Shown here piece after piece: positions 26,056 through 39,700 of a stretch of 64,000 nt of DNA. Position numbers and translations under genes: made by a program. Source of the DNA: Mobula hypostoma (lineage: Eukaryota); the NCBI RefSeq assembly GCF_963921235.1, contig NW_026948187.1, positions 5,890,001-5,954,000 of the forward strand, given 5' to 3'. Each line of letters begins with the position of its first letter. The first letter of the stretch is position 1. The notes under the pieces were generated by a model. It did not search any database, had not been told where the DNA came from, and was given only the letters and a program-made list of their open reading frames with translations.

Positions 26056-29000
26056 AGGGTGTGAGTGGTCTTCTCTCAGATGGCGACCAACTTCGGCTGA
26101 CAAACGCCACCGGCCTCAATCCGTTTCCCTGTCCCTGGTACAGGACAGCCCCCAGACCCTCAGCACTGGCATCAGTGTGCAGCACAGACGGCTTCTGGGG
26201 ATCGGCAGCAGCCAGCACGGGGGCCTGTGTCAGCGCCCGTTTCAGAGATTGGAACGCCTCCTCACACTGAGCATCCCACCTCGATCCAAAACGCTCCCCC
26301 GGGTTCAAGTACCCTCCTACCCCCGGCCCTCAGTCTCCCTTCCTCTTCCTCCCCACAGGTGGATAAACACACAACAGCTGGTTCAATGGGTGGCTCATTT
26401 TGCATGTCATTTCACTAATCGCCGGTAATACCCCCAGAACCCAAAAACGAGCGTAAGGCGCGCACCTTCTGGGGTCTCGGACAGCTGGTGACTGCGGCTA
26501 TCTTAGACGGAACAGTGGCCTCTCCATTTCGCGAGATTATGTGCCCGACATGACTGACCGACGTCTTACAGAACTGACATTTATCCAAGGAGAGTTTTAA
26601 CCCTTCCTCCGTCAGCCGACTCAGCACCTTCAGCAGCCGCTCCTCATGTTCCACCAACGTAGATCCAAACACTATCAGGTCGTCCAGGTACACAATACCT
26701 CCAGCAGGTTCATATCCCCCACTGTCCTCTCCATGAGCCGCTGTGAGGTGGCTGGGGCCCCTGATATGCCTTGGGGCATTCGTTCGAAGTGAAAAAAATC
26801 CCAGGGGGCAGAGAAAGGCCGTTTTCTCTTTATCGGTATCACTGATCCGAATCTGGTAATACCCACTCCGCAAATTCAATAGACTAAACCACTGCGCACC
26901 ACTTAAACAGGCCAATACGCCTTCTACCCTCTGGACCGTATACTGGTCGGGGACAGTGAGCCGGTTGAGGGTCCTATAGTCAACGGACATGCGTACCTTC
27001 CCATTTCTCTTCCCTGTCACCACTATGAGGGACGCATGGGGGCTCCGGGATTCCTCGGTAATCCCTGAATCCTTAAACTGCCGCTATAGCTGCCGCACAT
27101 CTTTCACATCTGCTGCGGCCAGCCTTTCTCTAAACGGGGTGTCATTTGTCACCCGGATACTGTGACGAGTGCTATTAGCACATCCCACATCAAACTCGTC
27201 CTGGGAAAAGACATACCCTGGCTTCAACATCTTCTCCACCAGCCTGCTCTTATACTCCGGTGGTACAGTGGAATCTTAAAAACTAAAGGCCTCGGTCAGC
27301 CGCCCCCTGCTCTCCAATAGCGTTCCTCCAGTGGGCCTCACGGGGGCGCTAGACATCACAATAACCGGGAGCAAGTTCGCGAGGGGCATCCCGCGCTTAA
27401 AGGTGACGTCTCTCTCCGTTGTGTTCCTTACCATCACCCCCATCCGCCGTGCTTGTACAGCTGAGGGCCTCTGCAATTCACATCTCACCAGCGCCCCAGC
27501 CGGGAACCGAGACTCCCCTTCCAGGTCGTCTGGGACGTCTCCTAGTAGGGCCTCGCCTGCCAGTACTCCGGGGAATCTGGGGGTCCCCAGCACTAATGCC
27601 AGCTCCCCTGGCCGTATCACCTCAGGCCTCGCCCGAGTTCACCACACCGTCCCTCGTTTGCACTCAGGATCCAGCCCCTGGGGGTCATCCACTCCTTCAT
27701 ACACCGCTCGAAACACTGGGGGTACCCTGAGAGTCTCCAGAAAGTTCTCCCCCGCCTTCTTCTTACAGGCTCCCAAGAGCCGTCGCACCAGAGGGGAGTT
27801 AGTCCCCACTAGCAGGGCAGCGCCACCGGTTTCCACCGGGTGTGGAGAGACCAACACCAGCGTCTCAAGGGCTTCCACCACATCGCCCTCCGAGAATTCC
27901 AATCTCACTGACATGTACCCATCGTGCTGGTAATCCCCGTCAGTTATGCGCCAAATCTCCAGTGTATTAAACGGGGTTACTGGAAAATGCTTCAGAAATT
28001 TGTTACAGAACGACCGGTACAGTAAGGTAACCTGCAATCATGTGTTAAGGATGGCTTTTGCAAAGGTTCCCTCTATCCGCAGGGGCACGCTGGAACGAGG
28101 TCCCAGCAGTCCTAACGGAATTTGGGCTTGTACTTTCGGGGGTCCCATGGCTGATTTCTGGGAACGTGTTCCTCCCGAGACTCCAGTCCGTTCCCTCACT
28201 GAGCCGCTCCTAAGTTTCCCGACACCTCTCCCTTCTTAGTGGCCCGGGGGCCCTCACCCCTCGGAGCATCTCGTCTCTCACAACCCCTCAGCAAGTGACC
28301 CGCTTCCCCACAGCTGTAGCACAACCCCGTCCACTCACAGTCCCGCTGGAAATGCCCCTTCGTCCCACAGTTATACCACCCGCTACCCGCCGCCTCTCTC
28401 CACCAGGAACGCCCGAAGGGGGTACACCCTCCCCCGCCCCCCGGCCATCCCCTCAAGCGGGGGGTCCTTGGATTTCTCTGTTCTCAACCCAGGTACCAAC
28501 TCCTGAACCGCTGAAGACCGTCCCCTGTGGTCCGAGCCCCCCTGTTCGGCCCGAAGCACTCGCCTCCTCCCGCACCTCTCTAATCAGCTGCACTAATGTT
28601 GGAGGGGGGCTTCTCTAATATGACTGCCGGACACTCCAAGCCACCCTGCCATGCTCCCGGGAACCGTAACATTTCTAGCTCATCCTCAACTTCGCCACTT
28701 CGTCCGCCTTCACTACTCCCTCGGCGCCGGAACCCAGTAAGCTCTCCCTCCAGCCGGAAAATGTATTCTGAGAGTTTTTTTTCGCTCTTCCCTGCCCCAT
28801 GTTTTGAAACTCCGCAAAAAGTCGCGAAGGATCTGCTGACAGTCCAAACACCACCTCCAAATCGTCCAAACACTCCATCAGGGAAGCCGAAGGGCGTTCC
28901 GCTCTGAACTCGCAGACTACACTGACCGACCCGCCCCTTCACCAATCGCTGTCTCTTTTCCTCATCCGAAACTGACCACACCTCAAACAACTGGGACGTA

Positions 29001-29580
29001 TCCTCAACCCAGGTCTCATATTCGTCCTCCCCTTCCGGAGTGGGACTGGCTCCCGAAAAAAATTCTCAGCTTTGGGCGGGTCCACTTAACCGTTCTCACC
29101 AGGGAGATAATGGCAGCCTCTAACTCGGAGATCTCACTCCTACCTGGGGGACGGGGCCTGGCCAAGCCTTCCCACTCCACGCCTTCACCCCTGGCTACTG
29201 GCACATCCCCTGGGGCCTCATCTAGCTCCTCCTCACTTTCGTCCTCCGGGAGGGTGTGCAGACCCCACTGTCCTGCCTCCCCCTGGACGTGGACTGTCGC
29301 TGGTAGTTCCAACGTCATGACGTCATGCACTCGTCCGAACCAACATCCAGCTGGACTCCAGTTCTTTTCCACACCTTCTTTCTATAAGTTCTACCTGCCC
29401 GATACCTTTAATCAAACTCAACCCTCGCTCTAGTACATCGGCCGAAATGCGGAAATCCACCCCACTTCGCACGCACGCATGTTTCACCTTTACATCCTCT
29501 AATTCACACCAACTTACAATCTTAACTCGATCCACCTTCGCACTACTTAACGCGACGACTATACAGCTTTAATGAAAATC

Positions 29581-29603
29581 CAAATCCGGGACGGTAGCCC
29601 CCA
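29581..29603 (-). promoter_or_regulatory. Primer-binding site complementary to tRNA-Pro
   Basis: Minus strand TGGGGGCTACCGTCCCGGATTTG next to the LTR end; canonical Pro PBS is TGGGGGCTCGTCCGGGAT. Confidence 0.8.
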
Positions 29604-29955
29604 CTTGTAACACTCAGTTATATTAGCTCGTACATGTCTAGGGGAAATCCCACCCAGCTCCTGTCTCAACGCTTTCCCCGGAGTCGGTTGCCGCCCGAAT
29701 AAATCCCAGACATCAATCATCAGCCAGCACACCCAGTATGTTTTAACAAGTACACTTTATAGATATGACTAAGTTTATGAAATTAATATAAATTCGATAC
29801 AGAAAAGAGGTAATGAGAAAAAGGCGCCAAGACTTATCAAAGTCCAAGTTCTTCGCGCGCAACCGTTGGAGCTCAGTCGATTCCTTCCGACCAGCCGGAT
29901 CCTGTCGACTCACGGCTCGGGATCAGCCGGAGTGATCGACCGGAGCCTCTCCGCA

Positions 29956-30948
29956 TGTCATGGTCCGGATCGGGGTCCGTTTAAATTGAGTTTGTTTATG
30001 TTACGATGCAGACCGTTGATTCAATGTTTTCCCGTGTCCTCGACTTTGCTGATTAGAGGCAATTAACACTCGGCTGAACCGGTGGTTTATAGTCTCCGGC
30101 TTTCAGCCGTTCGGTGCGGGACGCGTGCAAAGTCACGGCGCGCCAATGTTATCTGGCCGGAGCAAGTCTAGTCTCTGCCGAAGCGAGTGCCGGTAATTCG
30201 GCCTTCCTCACCGGAGCAACCCAGTCCAGTTACCCCGCCGAAGCGAGCCTGCAAAGTTTCCTCACTGAGGTGGGTCCGTCAGTTAACCCGCCGGAGGGAA
30301 TCCAGAATCGCTGTCTTCTGTTCCCGGGTCGAGTCGAGAGCTCGGCACAACCCGGAGGTACCAAACACCATGTCTTGTCCTTGCCTTCGTGGGGTAAGTC
30401 CGGCCGTCTTGCCGTTGCCCCGCGGGGAGTCATGTTCTGCCTTGCCTTGTCCATGCCTCCCTGGGGTAAGTCAGGCCGTCTTGACTTTGTCCCGCGGAGG
30501 GTCATGAGCCCCGGCCCTATGTCCTGTACCCAAGGAGGGGTCCCGGCTTTCTGTTCTGTGTATGCATCCATGGTTTCATGTACCTGCTCTCCCGAGACCG
30601 AGGGTCTGTGTTCCGTGTTCCTCCTCTCCCTAGCCCATGTCATGTCCTTGCCTGGTTCTGGGGTCCGAGCCCGAGGCAAGACCCAGGTACTGGGTCCTTG
30701 CCCAGTCTCTGGCTCGGAGTCCATACCCAAGCCTCTTCATGTCCCCTGTAGTTCTGGGAGCCGATTCTGAATCCAAGCCCAGACCCTTGGTCCCAGTCTG
30801 GTCGTAGTCCTGAGTCCGTGTCCAGTTCAGTACTCCTGCCCCTGCCTAGCTCTCCTGGTATCGTACAATTATCTAAACGTAAGTAACCTCTCAAGATGTG
30901 TATTGCATTTGGGTCTACCCTTGCTCCCAATGCCCCGACATTGTGACA
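29956..30948. mobile_element. Solo LTR (993 bp) nested in the Gypsy 5' LTR
   Basis: TGTCA...TGACA termini, 5-bp TSD CCGCA (29951-55 and 30949-53); the other LTR shows the empty site (ctgcacgtcc). Confidence 0.88.
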
Positions 30949-31214
30949 CCGCACGTCCGCCGCCCTCCCCGTCTCTCCTCCGACTCCCCGCCAAACACCC
31001 CGTCACCGGCCATATGAGACAGCATTTTCAGCCGAAACACAACGATACATGAACACCCATTGACTAATAGCACCGTGCTGTCTGTATTAATCCAAGCAAA
31101 TGTTGAGCTAGAGACTTTATCAGCATTTAACATAATAAAGAAGCATTCCCTAGTATAACATAACAAAGAAGCCATTTTAAATTTAACATACGAAAAAGGA
31201 AGACGCCGTGAATG

Positions 31215-31700
31215 CTTATATTGTAAAGGGTTCAAAGGAGGTTCACTGAAATGATTCCAGGATTTAATAGCTTGGCAGATGAAGACGGTTTGAGGACTCT
31301 GGACCTGTACTCGCTGCAATTCAAAATGATGAGGGGTGACCTTATTGAAAGTTTCCGAATAGTGAAAGGTCATGTCAGATTTGGTGCGGAGAGAATGTTT
31401 CCTAATTTAGGCGAGTCTAAGATCAGAATACATAGCCTTGGAATGGAGAGTTCTCACTCAGAAAGGCGATGAGGAGGAATTTTCTTACCCGGAGCTTGGT
31501 AAACCTGCGGAATTCAAACACGCAGGCAGCCGTAGACGACCAGGCATTCCGTATATTTAAGGCATAGTTTGATTTTCTTTTTTCATTATTCCAGGCATGA
31601 ATGTATACCGTGAGATGGTGGGAGATTGGAGCTGAGAGGACAATGGAACAGATAAAATGGCCAGCGGACTTGATTACCTGATTCTACTCCAATGTCGTAT
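31215..31700 (+). mobile_element. CR1 3' fragment
   Basis: MIPG..LYSL..MRGDLIE. Confidence 0.8.
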
Positions 31701-33501
31701 GGTTTTAATTGAAGTTCATCGGTTACTGGGTGACAGCAGCTCAGTGGATCTATAGTGGCCCAACATGTTCATGCAAACACAAAGAAGGTGCCATGTGCCC
31801 GACTGAACAGGACAGGCGTCCACGTTTCCGCACGTCCATTTCCCGGAGTACGGTTAACTGTCACTTTTCTTCTCCGATTCAGAGATATAATTGTTCAATG
31901 CCACATTCCTTCATGGAAAGTCTATCGTTAAAGGACTCCAGCCGAACACTCAGTGCTCTACCGTAAGAGTTCCGTCTCCAGCTCTACTGCTTGTGATGTC
32001 GTCTTTGGTTTGGGATCGTGACGTCTTGTTTGCTTGGAGTCTGAGTCTGAATTAAGTACAGACCTTCTCTGCATTTGGGTTCAACACCATCCATAGCTGT
32101 CTCGATACAGAGGAGTCACAGCTTTAGGAGTTTGGGGGGATGTGCTGTCTCAATGAAGATGAGGAAAATTCTACGGATGTTCGGTGGAGAACTTTCTGAC
32201 TAGCCGCATCGCCGCCTGGAGTGGATGCTGTAACGCACAGAATAGTAACAGGATACAGAGGGTTCCAGCCTCAGCCACCACTCTGATGGGCACATCCCTC
32301 CCCACTATCGAGGACATTTTCAAGAGGCGATGCCTTGAGAAGGCGGCCTCCATCACTGAGGACCCTCCCCACTCGGGGAAACTCTCTGCTCGTTACTACC
32401 ATCAGGGAGGAGTCGCATGAGTCTAAACACCCACACACAACGATTCAGGAACCAGCTTCTGCCCCTGCGCCATCCCATCTTTGAACGCTCGGACACTAAC
32501 TCGACATATTTGCGGTGTTTATTAATATTTGCAATTGACATTAATTGTACATCTTTGTGGGATACTGATGCTGCAAAAGAACATATTCCAGGCTGTAAAT
32601 GTTTCAGATAATAAATCAAATAGCGATGCCGGTGGAAAGTATCCGATACGGATGGACAGGACACCTGGCACGCTGGTCTTCACCAGTCAGGGCGCTGATT
32701 TGGGGAGTTCGGAAATCACTTTCCAGTGGTACAAAACGTGGGGGAGGCCGCTTTGATTTAGGAAAATGCTATTGAACTGGGTAGAGTGTACAGGGAGATC
32801 TACTGGGATATTTCCGGAATTTGGAGGACTGGAGAGATGAAGGGAAGGCTGGGACTTTATTCACGGGAACGTAGTTGTAAATTTACAGAGTTCCATAAAC
32901 ACGAGGGGCACAGACAGAGGGAATAGGCATAGTCTTGTAATCAGGGTTGGGTGATCGAGAACCAGACGGCACAGGATTGAGGTGAGAGTGGGTGGAAAGG
33001 AGAACGAGAGAGAGAGATAAGGGAGACGGAGGGTTTCGAGAGAACGGGGAGGGAAGGGAGAGAGAGCGGTAGGGGGGGGGAGAAAGTGAGAGAGAGTTGG
33101 CAGAGGAAGAGTAGAAAGAGCGAGCAGAGAAAGGGCGAGGCAAAAGGGGGCGGACCGAAAGGTAGAGGGAGTGGAGAAGTGCGGGACGGGGTTGGAATGG
33201 CTAGAAACAAGCGGATCGAAGGGGACTGACATCTGTTGGTGTGTGGTGGGGAGAATCGAGTAGGAGGAAGGGGCAGAGAGCGTGAGGAGGGAGTTTGAGA
33301 GGATGGAGGAGCGATAGTTGACGAAGAGAGAATTGGGAAGTAGAGGGGTAGATACTTGATTCAAATCGGCCCCACTAGCACAGACGGCACAGATTTAGGT
33401 GAGAGAGGGTGGAAAGGAAAACGAGAGACAGGGAGGAGAGAGAGATAGTCAGGGAGATGGAGAGTTCAGAGAGAACGGGAAGGGGGGAGTTGGTCAGTCT
33501 G

Positions 33502-33700
33502 TCACTTGATTCCTGTCGCCTCCATTGGCTGTTGACAGAGATCCTGAATATTTTCAGGAATATCCGGGAACAAAGGTGCCAACTTCTCGCAGATGAAACG
33601 CCGAGCACGATTGCAAGAATTCCTCCCTGGATACGAGCGGCAGTCTCCGCAGTCTGACGTCCCCGAGGACACCTTGTACAGGAGATCCCAGTCTACATTC
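33502..33700 (-). CDS. Gene B exon 9, CTLD exon 3 plus C-terminal tail (NVDWDLLYKVSSGTSDCGDCRSYPGRNSCNRARRFICEKLAPLFPDIPENIQDLCQQPMEATGIK*)
   Basis: ggatag acceptor, C..FICEK motif, TGA stop at 33502-33504. Confidence 0.88.
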
Positions 33701-36700
33701 CTATCCAAGAGGGTTAACAATTTTAACAGAGACAAAGCAGCTCCAGCAGAGAACCCGAACCGAGACCATCCACAAGCCAATCTCATGAAATCGCGCTCTC
33801 CTGTCAGCCTCTGTCAGTGACTCAACCAGCTCATCCACTCTCTCCCCACAGCTCCGTGCCAGCACCCAGAGAGATACCACGTTCCCAATGTCTCCCGACA
33901 ATCAATTGTCAGTTCCCAACTAATGGCACTAACCCCATGTCTATGCACCGTCGCGTGTCTCCCCAAACTATTAGGACCGAACCGCTTTCTCACCACATTG
34001 CTCTGACGGTCCCCATTTGAATCGAACAGCCCCATCCTCTCCCTTCCGATCTGTTTCACTCCCCGAACAAACCCCACTGTCCCACCGTCTCCGCACAGAC
34101 TTGTGGCTGTCCCGAAATGAATCACGCGTCCACACTCCTGCCTCATCCCTGTGTCGTTCGCAGATTAATCCTGTTTCCCATCACTGTTTCCAGAGCTTCG
34201 TCTCAGCCTCCGAACATATCGCTGTACACCCCGCTTTCACCATAGACTCTGGTCCGCCTCCAGACTTATACCACTGGCTCCCTCTCTCCCACATCCGTGC
34301 GTCAGTTCGCAAATTAATCCCATTAACCCACTGTGTGGTCACCGCCCTGTATCGGTCTCCAAACTACTCCAGTTGTCCTACTCTCGCCCCTCAGATCTAT
34401 GTCATTCACCAAACAAATGCCGCTGTTGCTCCCTCTCCTCACAGCCCGGCGACTATCTCCAAAATAATCCCACTCCACCGCGCTCTCCTCACCGACATGC
34501 GTCAGTACCAAAATAAAATAATCCCTGTGTACTGATCTCTCCCCACTGCCCCCTGGCAGTTTCCGAAATATTCCCACTGCCCTGTCCTTCCCCGACAGAC
34601 ATGTGCCGGCCTCAAAATGTTCCCCTTGTACCACACTCTCCCGACAACCACGTACAGTTTCATCGTAAACTAATCCCATGTTCTCCCTTCAGGACTATGT
34701 CAATGCCCAACTCTCACACACAGATCAGTCCAAATCTCACCCGTCTTCGCATTTTCCAATCCAGTATGCACCGTTTCGGTGCACAAGTTTGTGGGATACA
34801 AAGCTCTGTGAAATTAAATTTATTTGATTAATGCCAAGAATCGAAAACTATGTACGGAGTTTCTCTTAGTTGATTACAACATGAATCTGTGATTGGACGG
34901 TGTGGAGGGAGCTTCACTGATTGCCATATCATGTGAATGTATCATGGGACGGTGTGTAGGAAGATTCACTCTGTGTCTGACCCCGAGAAGGTGTGCTAGG
35001 AGTGTATTGTGGGAATAACTCCGTGGCTAAACCTGGGGGACTGATGGGACGGTGTGGAGGGAGATAACTCTATGTCTGAACCCGAGAATGTGTCCTGGGA
35101 GTGTAGTATGGGTGTCACTCTGTGTCTCACCCCGGAAGTGTCTGATGATTCTTGCGAGATCTTCTTGTGATGTGACACATACCGCTTCATCTCTTGAATT
35201 GATTTCAAGCAGCCTTGCATCACGGTTTGAACATTCTCGCATCGCTGTGTAGAAAGATGTTTCAAACGTGGATACGTAATAACACCGGTCTTTATTTGTG
35301 ATCCAGTCCTTGGAACAGGTATGCTCTGGAAATAGGAATAAGGAGTAGTGAATATCACTCCACACCGTCCCATCGCGCACATAGGGGTGAGAGATAGAGT
35401 GAATCTCCCTCCATTCCGTCCCATCTAACACCACAAGGGATCAGTCCCTTCTACCATCATCAATGATGCCCTCACCCGCATCTCCTGCATTCCCGGACTT
35501 CAGCCCTCACCCCATCTTCCCGTCACCACAACAGGGACAGAGACCCCCTTGTCTTCACCGTCCACCCCACCGGACTTCGGATCCAGCACCTTATCCTCCG
35601 CAACTTCAGCCAAATTCAACAGGACCCACTAGGAAACACATCTTTCACTCTCTCCTCCTCTCCGCTTTCCGAAGGGATCGTTACCTCGGCGACTCCCTAG
35701 TCTACACGTCCCTCCCCACGGAGCAGGTCCTGAACAGTGAGTACAGAGAGCTTGGTCGGAAGTTAAACAGCAGGACCTCGTGGATGGTAATCTCAGGATT
35801 GACACCTGTGCCACATGCCAGTGACGGTAAGAATAGGATGCTCTGGCGGATAAACACGTGGCTGAGAACTGGTGTAGTGGGTAGAGTTTCAGATATCAGG
35901 ATCTTTGGGACCTTTTCTGCGGCAGGTGTGACCTGTACAAGAGACGGGTTACACCTGAACTACAGGGGGACCAATATTCTTGCTGGGAAATTTGTCTGTA
36001 CTATTGTGGAGGCTTAAACTAAATCTGCAGGGGGATGGGGATGGTAACCAGAGTGCCAGAGCAGATAGTGGAGCGGGGGTGAAAATAATTGGTGTTAAAA
36101 GTTCATGAAAAGTCACAAACAGAAGGGTTATGTGTGGTTGTAATAATCATCTGATGTGTTCTCTATTTCAAAGCGAGAAGTATTGTGGGGAAGACTGACG
36201 AGCTGAGGGCGTGGATTGACACATGGAATTACGACATAATATCAATTTGTGAAACTTGGCTACAGGAGGGGCAGGACTGGCAGCTTAATGTTCTAGGGTT
36301 CCGATGTTTCAGACGTGATAGAGGCAGAGGAATGAAGGGAAGCGGGTGCGGCATTGCTGGTCAGGGAAAATCTCACAGCAGTGCTCCGGCAGGACAGATC
36401 AGAGGGCTTGTCTACCGAGGCCTTATGGGTGGAGCTGAAAGACACGAAAGGTATGACCATATTAATGGGGTTGTATTATAGACCATCCAATTGTCAGCGA
36501 GAATGGGAGGAGCAAATCTCCAAAGAGATAGCAGACAACTGCAAGAAACATGAAGTTGTGATAGCAGGGGATTTTAGTTTTCCACATATTGATTGTGACT
36601 TCCATACTGTTAAAGGTCTAGACGGGTTAGAGCTTGTAAAATGCGTTCAGAAAGGTTTTCTAAATCAATATTTAGAGCTACCAACCAGAGACGATATAAT

Positions 36701-39700
36701 ATTAGATTTCCTATTTGGAAACGAGTTAGTACAGGTGACGGAAGTGTATGTAGGGGAACATTTTGATTGCACTGTTCATAACACTATTAGTTTCAATTTG
36801 ACCATGGATAAAGATAGATCTGGTCCTCGGGTTGACGTTCTAAACTGGAAAAAGGCCAAATTTGAAGAAATGAGAAAGCATCTAAAAAGCGTGGATGGGA
36901 CAGGTTGTTCGCTGGCAAGGATATGATTGTTACGTGGGAGGCCTTGAAAGGTGACATTTTGAGAGTGCGGAGTTGAATTTCCCTGTAAGGATTAAAGGAA
37001 AAGTGAGTAAGAGTAAGGAAGCTAGGTTCTCGAGGAATATTGGAACACTGATAAAGAAGGAGAGAAGATGTGTTACCTGTATAGGAAACAGGGGGCAAAT
37101 AAGGTGCTTGAGTAATATAAACAAGTGCAAAAAGTACTTAATAAAGAAATCGTGAGGGCTAAAAGAAGACGGGGTTGCTTTGACAGTCAAGGTGAAGGAT
37201 AATCCGAAGTATTTCCACAGGTTTATTAAGAGCAAGAGGATGGTAAGGGATAACATTTGTCCTAATGAAGATCAGACTGGTCGGTTATGCATGAAACCAG
37301 AAGAAATGGGGGAGATTTTAAATATTTTTTTTTGTGTGTGTCGGTATGTAGTAAGGAAACTGACATGGAGTCAATAGAAATCGGGCAAACAACAAATGAG
37401 GCCATGGAACCGATACAAATTCAAGAGGAAGAGGTGCTTGCAATCTTGAGGTATATATCACCAGGACCTGACAGGGTATTCCCTCGGACCTTAAATGCGA
37501 CTAGTGCTGAAATTGCAGGGGCCCTCTCAGATATATTTAAAATGTCGGTATCCACAGGTGAAGTGCCGGAGAATTGGAGGATAGCTCATGCTGTTCCCCA
37601 GTTTAATCAAGGCTCAGAAAGTAATCCCGGAAATTATAGGCTGTTAGTTTTGACATCATTAGGAGGTAAATTATTGGAAAGATGTATAAGAGATAGGATC
37701 TACAGGTATTTGGATAGACGGGGACTTATTAGGGAGAATCAACTTGGCTTTGTGTGTGGTAGGTCATGTTTAACAAATCCACTAGAGGTTTTCAAGGAGG
37801 TTACCTGGAAAGTAGATGCAGGAAACGCAGTGGATGTTGTCTCTATGGACTTCAGTAAGGCCTTTGACAAGGTCCCGCATGGGAGGTTAGTTAGGAAGAT
37901 TCAGTCGCTAGGTATACATGCAGGGGTAGTAAATTGGATTACACATTGGCTCAATGGAAGAAGCCAAAGAGTGGTAGTAGAGAGTTGCTTCTCAGGACTG
38001 TCACTAGTGGTATGCCACAGGGATCAGTGCTGGGTCCATTTTTATTTGTCATCTGTTCAATGTCCTGGATGATAATGTAGTAAGTTGGATCAGCACATTT
38101 GCTGATCATATCAAGAGTGGAGGAGTAGTCGACAGTGAGGAAGGTTTTTAAAGCTTGCAGAGGGATTTGGACAAACTGGAAAAAATGGGCTGAAAAGTGG
38201 CAGATGAAGTTTAATACAAACAAGTGTGAGGTATTGCACTTTGGAAGGACAAACCAAGGTAGAACATTCAAGGTAAATGGTAGGGCACTGAGGAGTCAGT
38301 AGAACAGAGATCTGAGAATACAGATGCAAAATTCCCGAAAAGGGGAGTAACAGGCAGAAAGGATCGTAACGACAGCTTTTGGAACATCAAGTATATAAAT
38401 CAAAGTATTGAGTAATGCATTGGAAAGCGATGGAGAGGTTGTATAAGACATTGGTGAGGCCGAATTTGGAGAATTATGTGCAGTTTTGGTCATCTAATTT
38501 AGGAAGTATATTAATATGGTCCCAAGACTGCAGAGAAGGTTTACGAGGATTTTTCCGGGACTTGAGAAACTTAGTTACAGATAAAGTTTGAATAGGATAA
38601 ATCTTTATTTCCTGGAGGGTAGAAGCATGAGGGGGGATTTGATAGAGGTGTATATAATTATGGTCTATATATATCCATGTATCGAAATTATGATGGGTTA
38701 TGATGGGTATCGGTAGAGTGAATGCAAGGGGAGATAAAAGAAAAAAAAACAGAGGACGTGGGTTAAGGGTGAAGGGGGGAAAGTTCAAAAGGGAATATTA
38801 GGGCTGGGGGGCTTCTTCACTCATAGAGAGGTGGGGGTGTGGAATGAGCATCCAGATAAAGTAGTAAATGCGGGCCTATATATAATATTTAAGCAAATCT
38901 TGCACAGGTACAATGATAAGAGGTGAGGTGTATTGAGCGATATGGTCAAGGCGCAGGTTAGTGGGACTAGACCAAAAAATGATTTGGCAGAGCCAAGAAG
39001 GGCCAGAAGGCCTGTTTCTGTGCCCTAACGTTTCTATGGTTTCTCCAAGCTGTGATACTTCCCAAAGCGGGTGTTACGAAGTACTACATGAAGGGTGTCC
39101 AAAATTTTCTTCGGGCCTTTCGAGTGTTTGATATTTTGTAACAGTAAAAGATGGAAATAAAAAAAAAGTTTTTTTGCCTAAAATACTGTAGAAATGTGTC
39201 GTCTTTAACTTTTTACCTTTTGTAAATAAGATCATCTTTTGGTCGCTTCGCTGTTCACAGTAACAGAAATGTTGAACAGGGATGCCCAAACTTTTGCAAT
39301 GCACTGCAGAGTGAATCTCCCTCCGCACCACCTCGTCACACTCTCCCGGGGTCGGGCACAGAGTGAAGCTCCCTCTACACCATCACAGAAAACCCTCCCG
39401 TGGTCAGTCAGGAAATGACGCTCCCTCTGATCCGTCCACGGTCACATCACACGCTTTTGCGGATAGACACAGAGTGAAGCTCCATCAGCACCGTCCCATC
39501 ACACATACGGGAACAGACACAGAATGAAACTACCTCAGCAACGTTCATCACACACAGGGGAACAGACACAGAATGAAACTCCCTCAGCACCGTTCATCAC
39601 ACACAGGGGAACAGACACAGAATGAATCTCCCTCAGCACCGTTCATCACACACAGGGGAACAGACACAGAATGAAACTCCCTCAGCACCGTTCATCACAC

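Larger units (their letters stand above)
24601..31200 (-). mobile_element. Degenerate Ty3/Gypsy LTR retrotransposon with PNMA-like gag; integrase deleted
   Basis: LTR ends TGTAACACTCAG at 24601 and 29606; gag RPKLRIF-SG motif and two zinc knuckles (YNCGTKGHFQRDC, CYSCGEAGHLLRGC); RT VDYRTLN...YLDDL; RNase H LHTDAS..LGAVL; pol fuses to the 3' LTR at ~25065. Confidence 0.93.

Noticed and set aside
30114-30770. 218-aa and 166-aa overlapping ORFs
   Set aside because: Lie inside a GC-rich solo LTR with internal repeats; no recognisable domain
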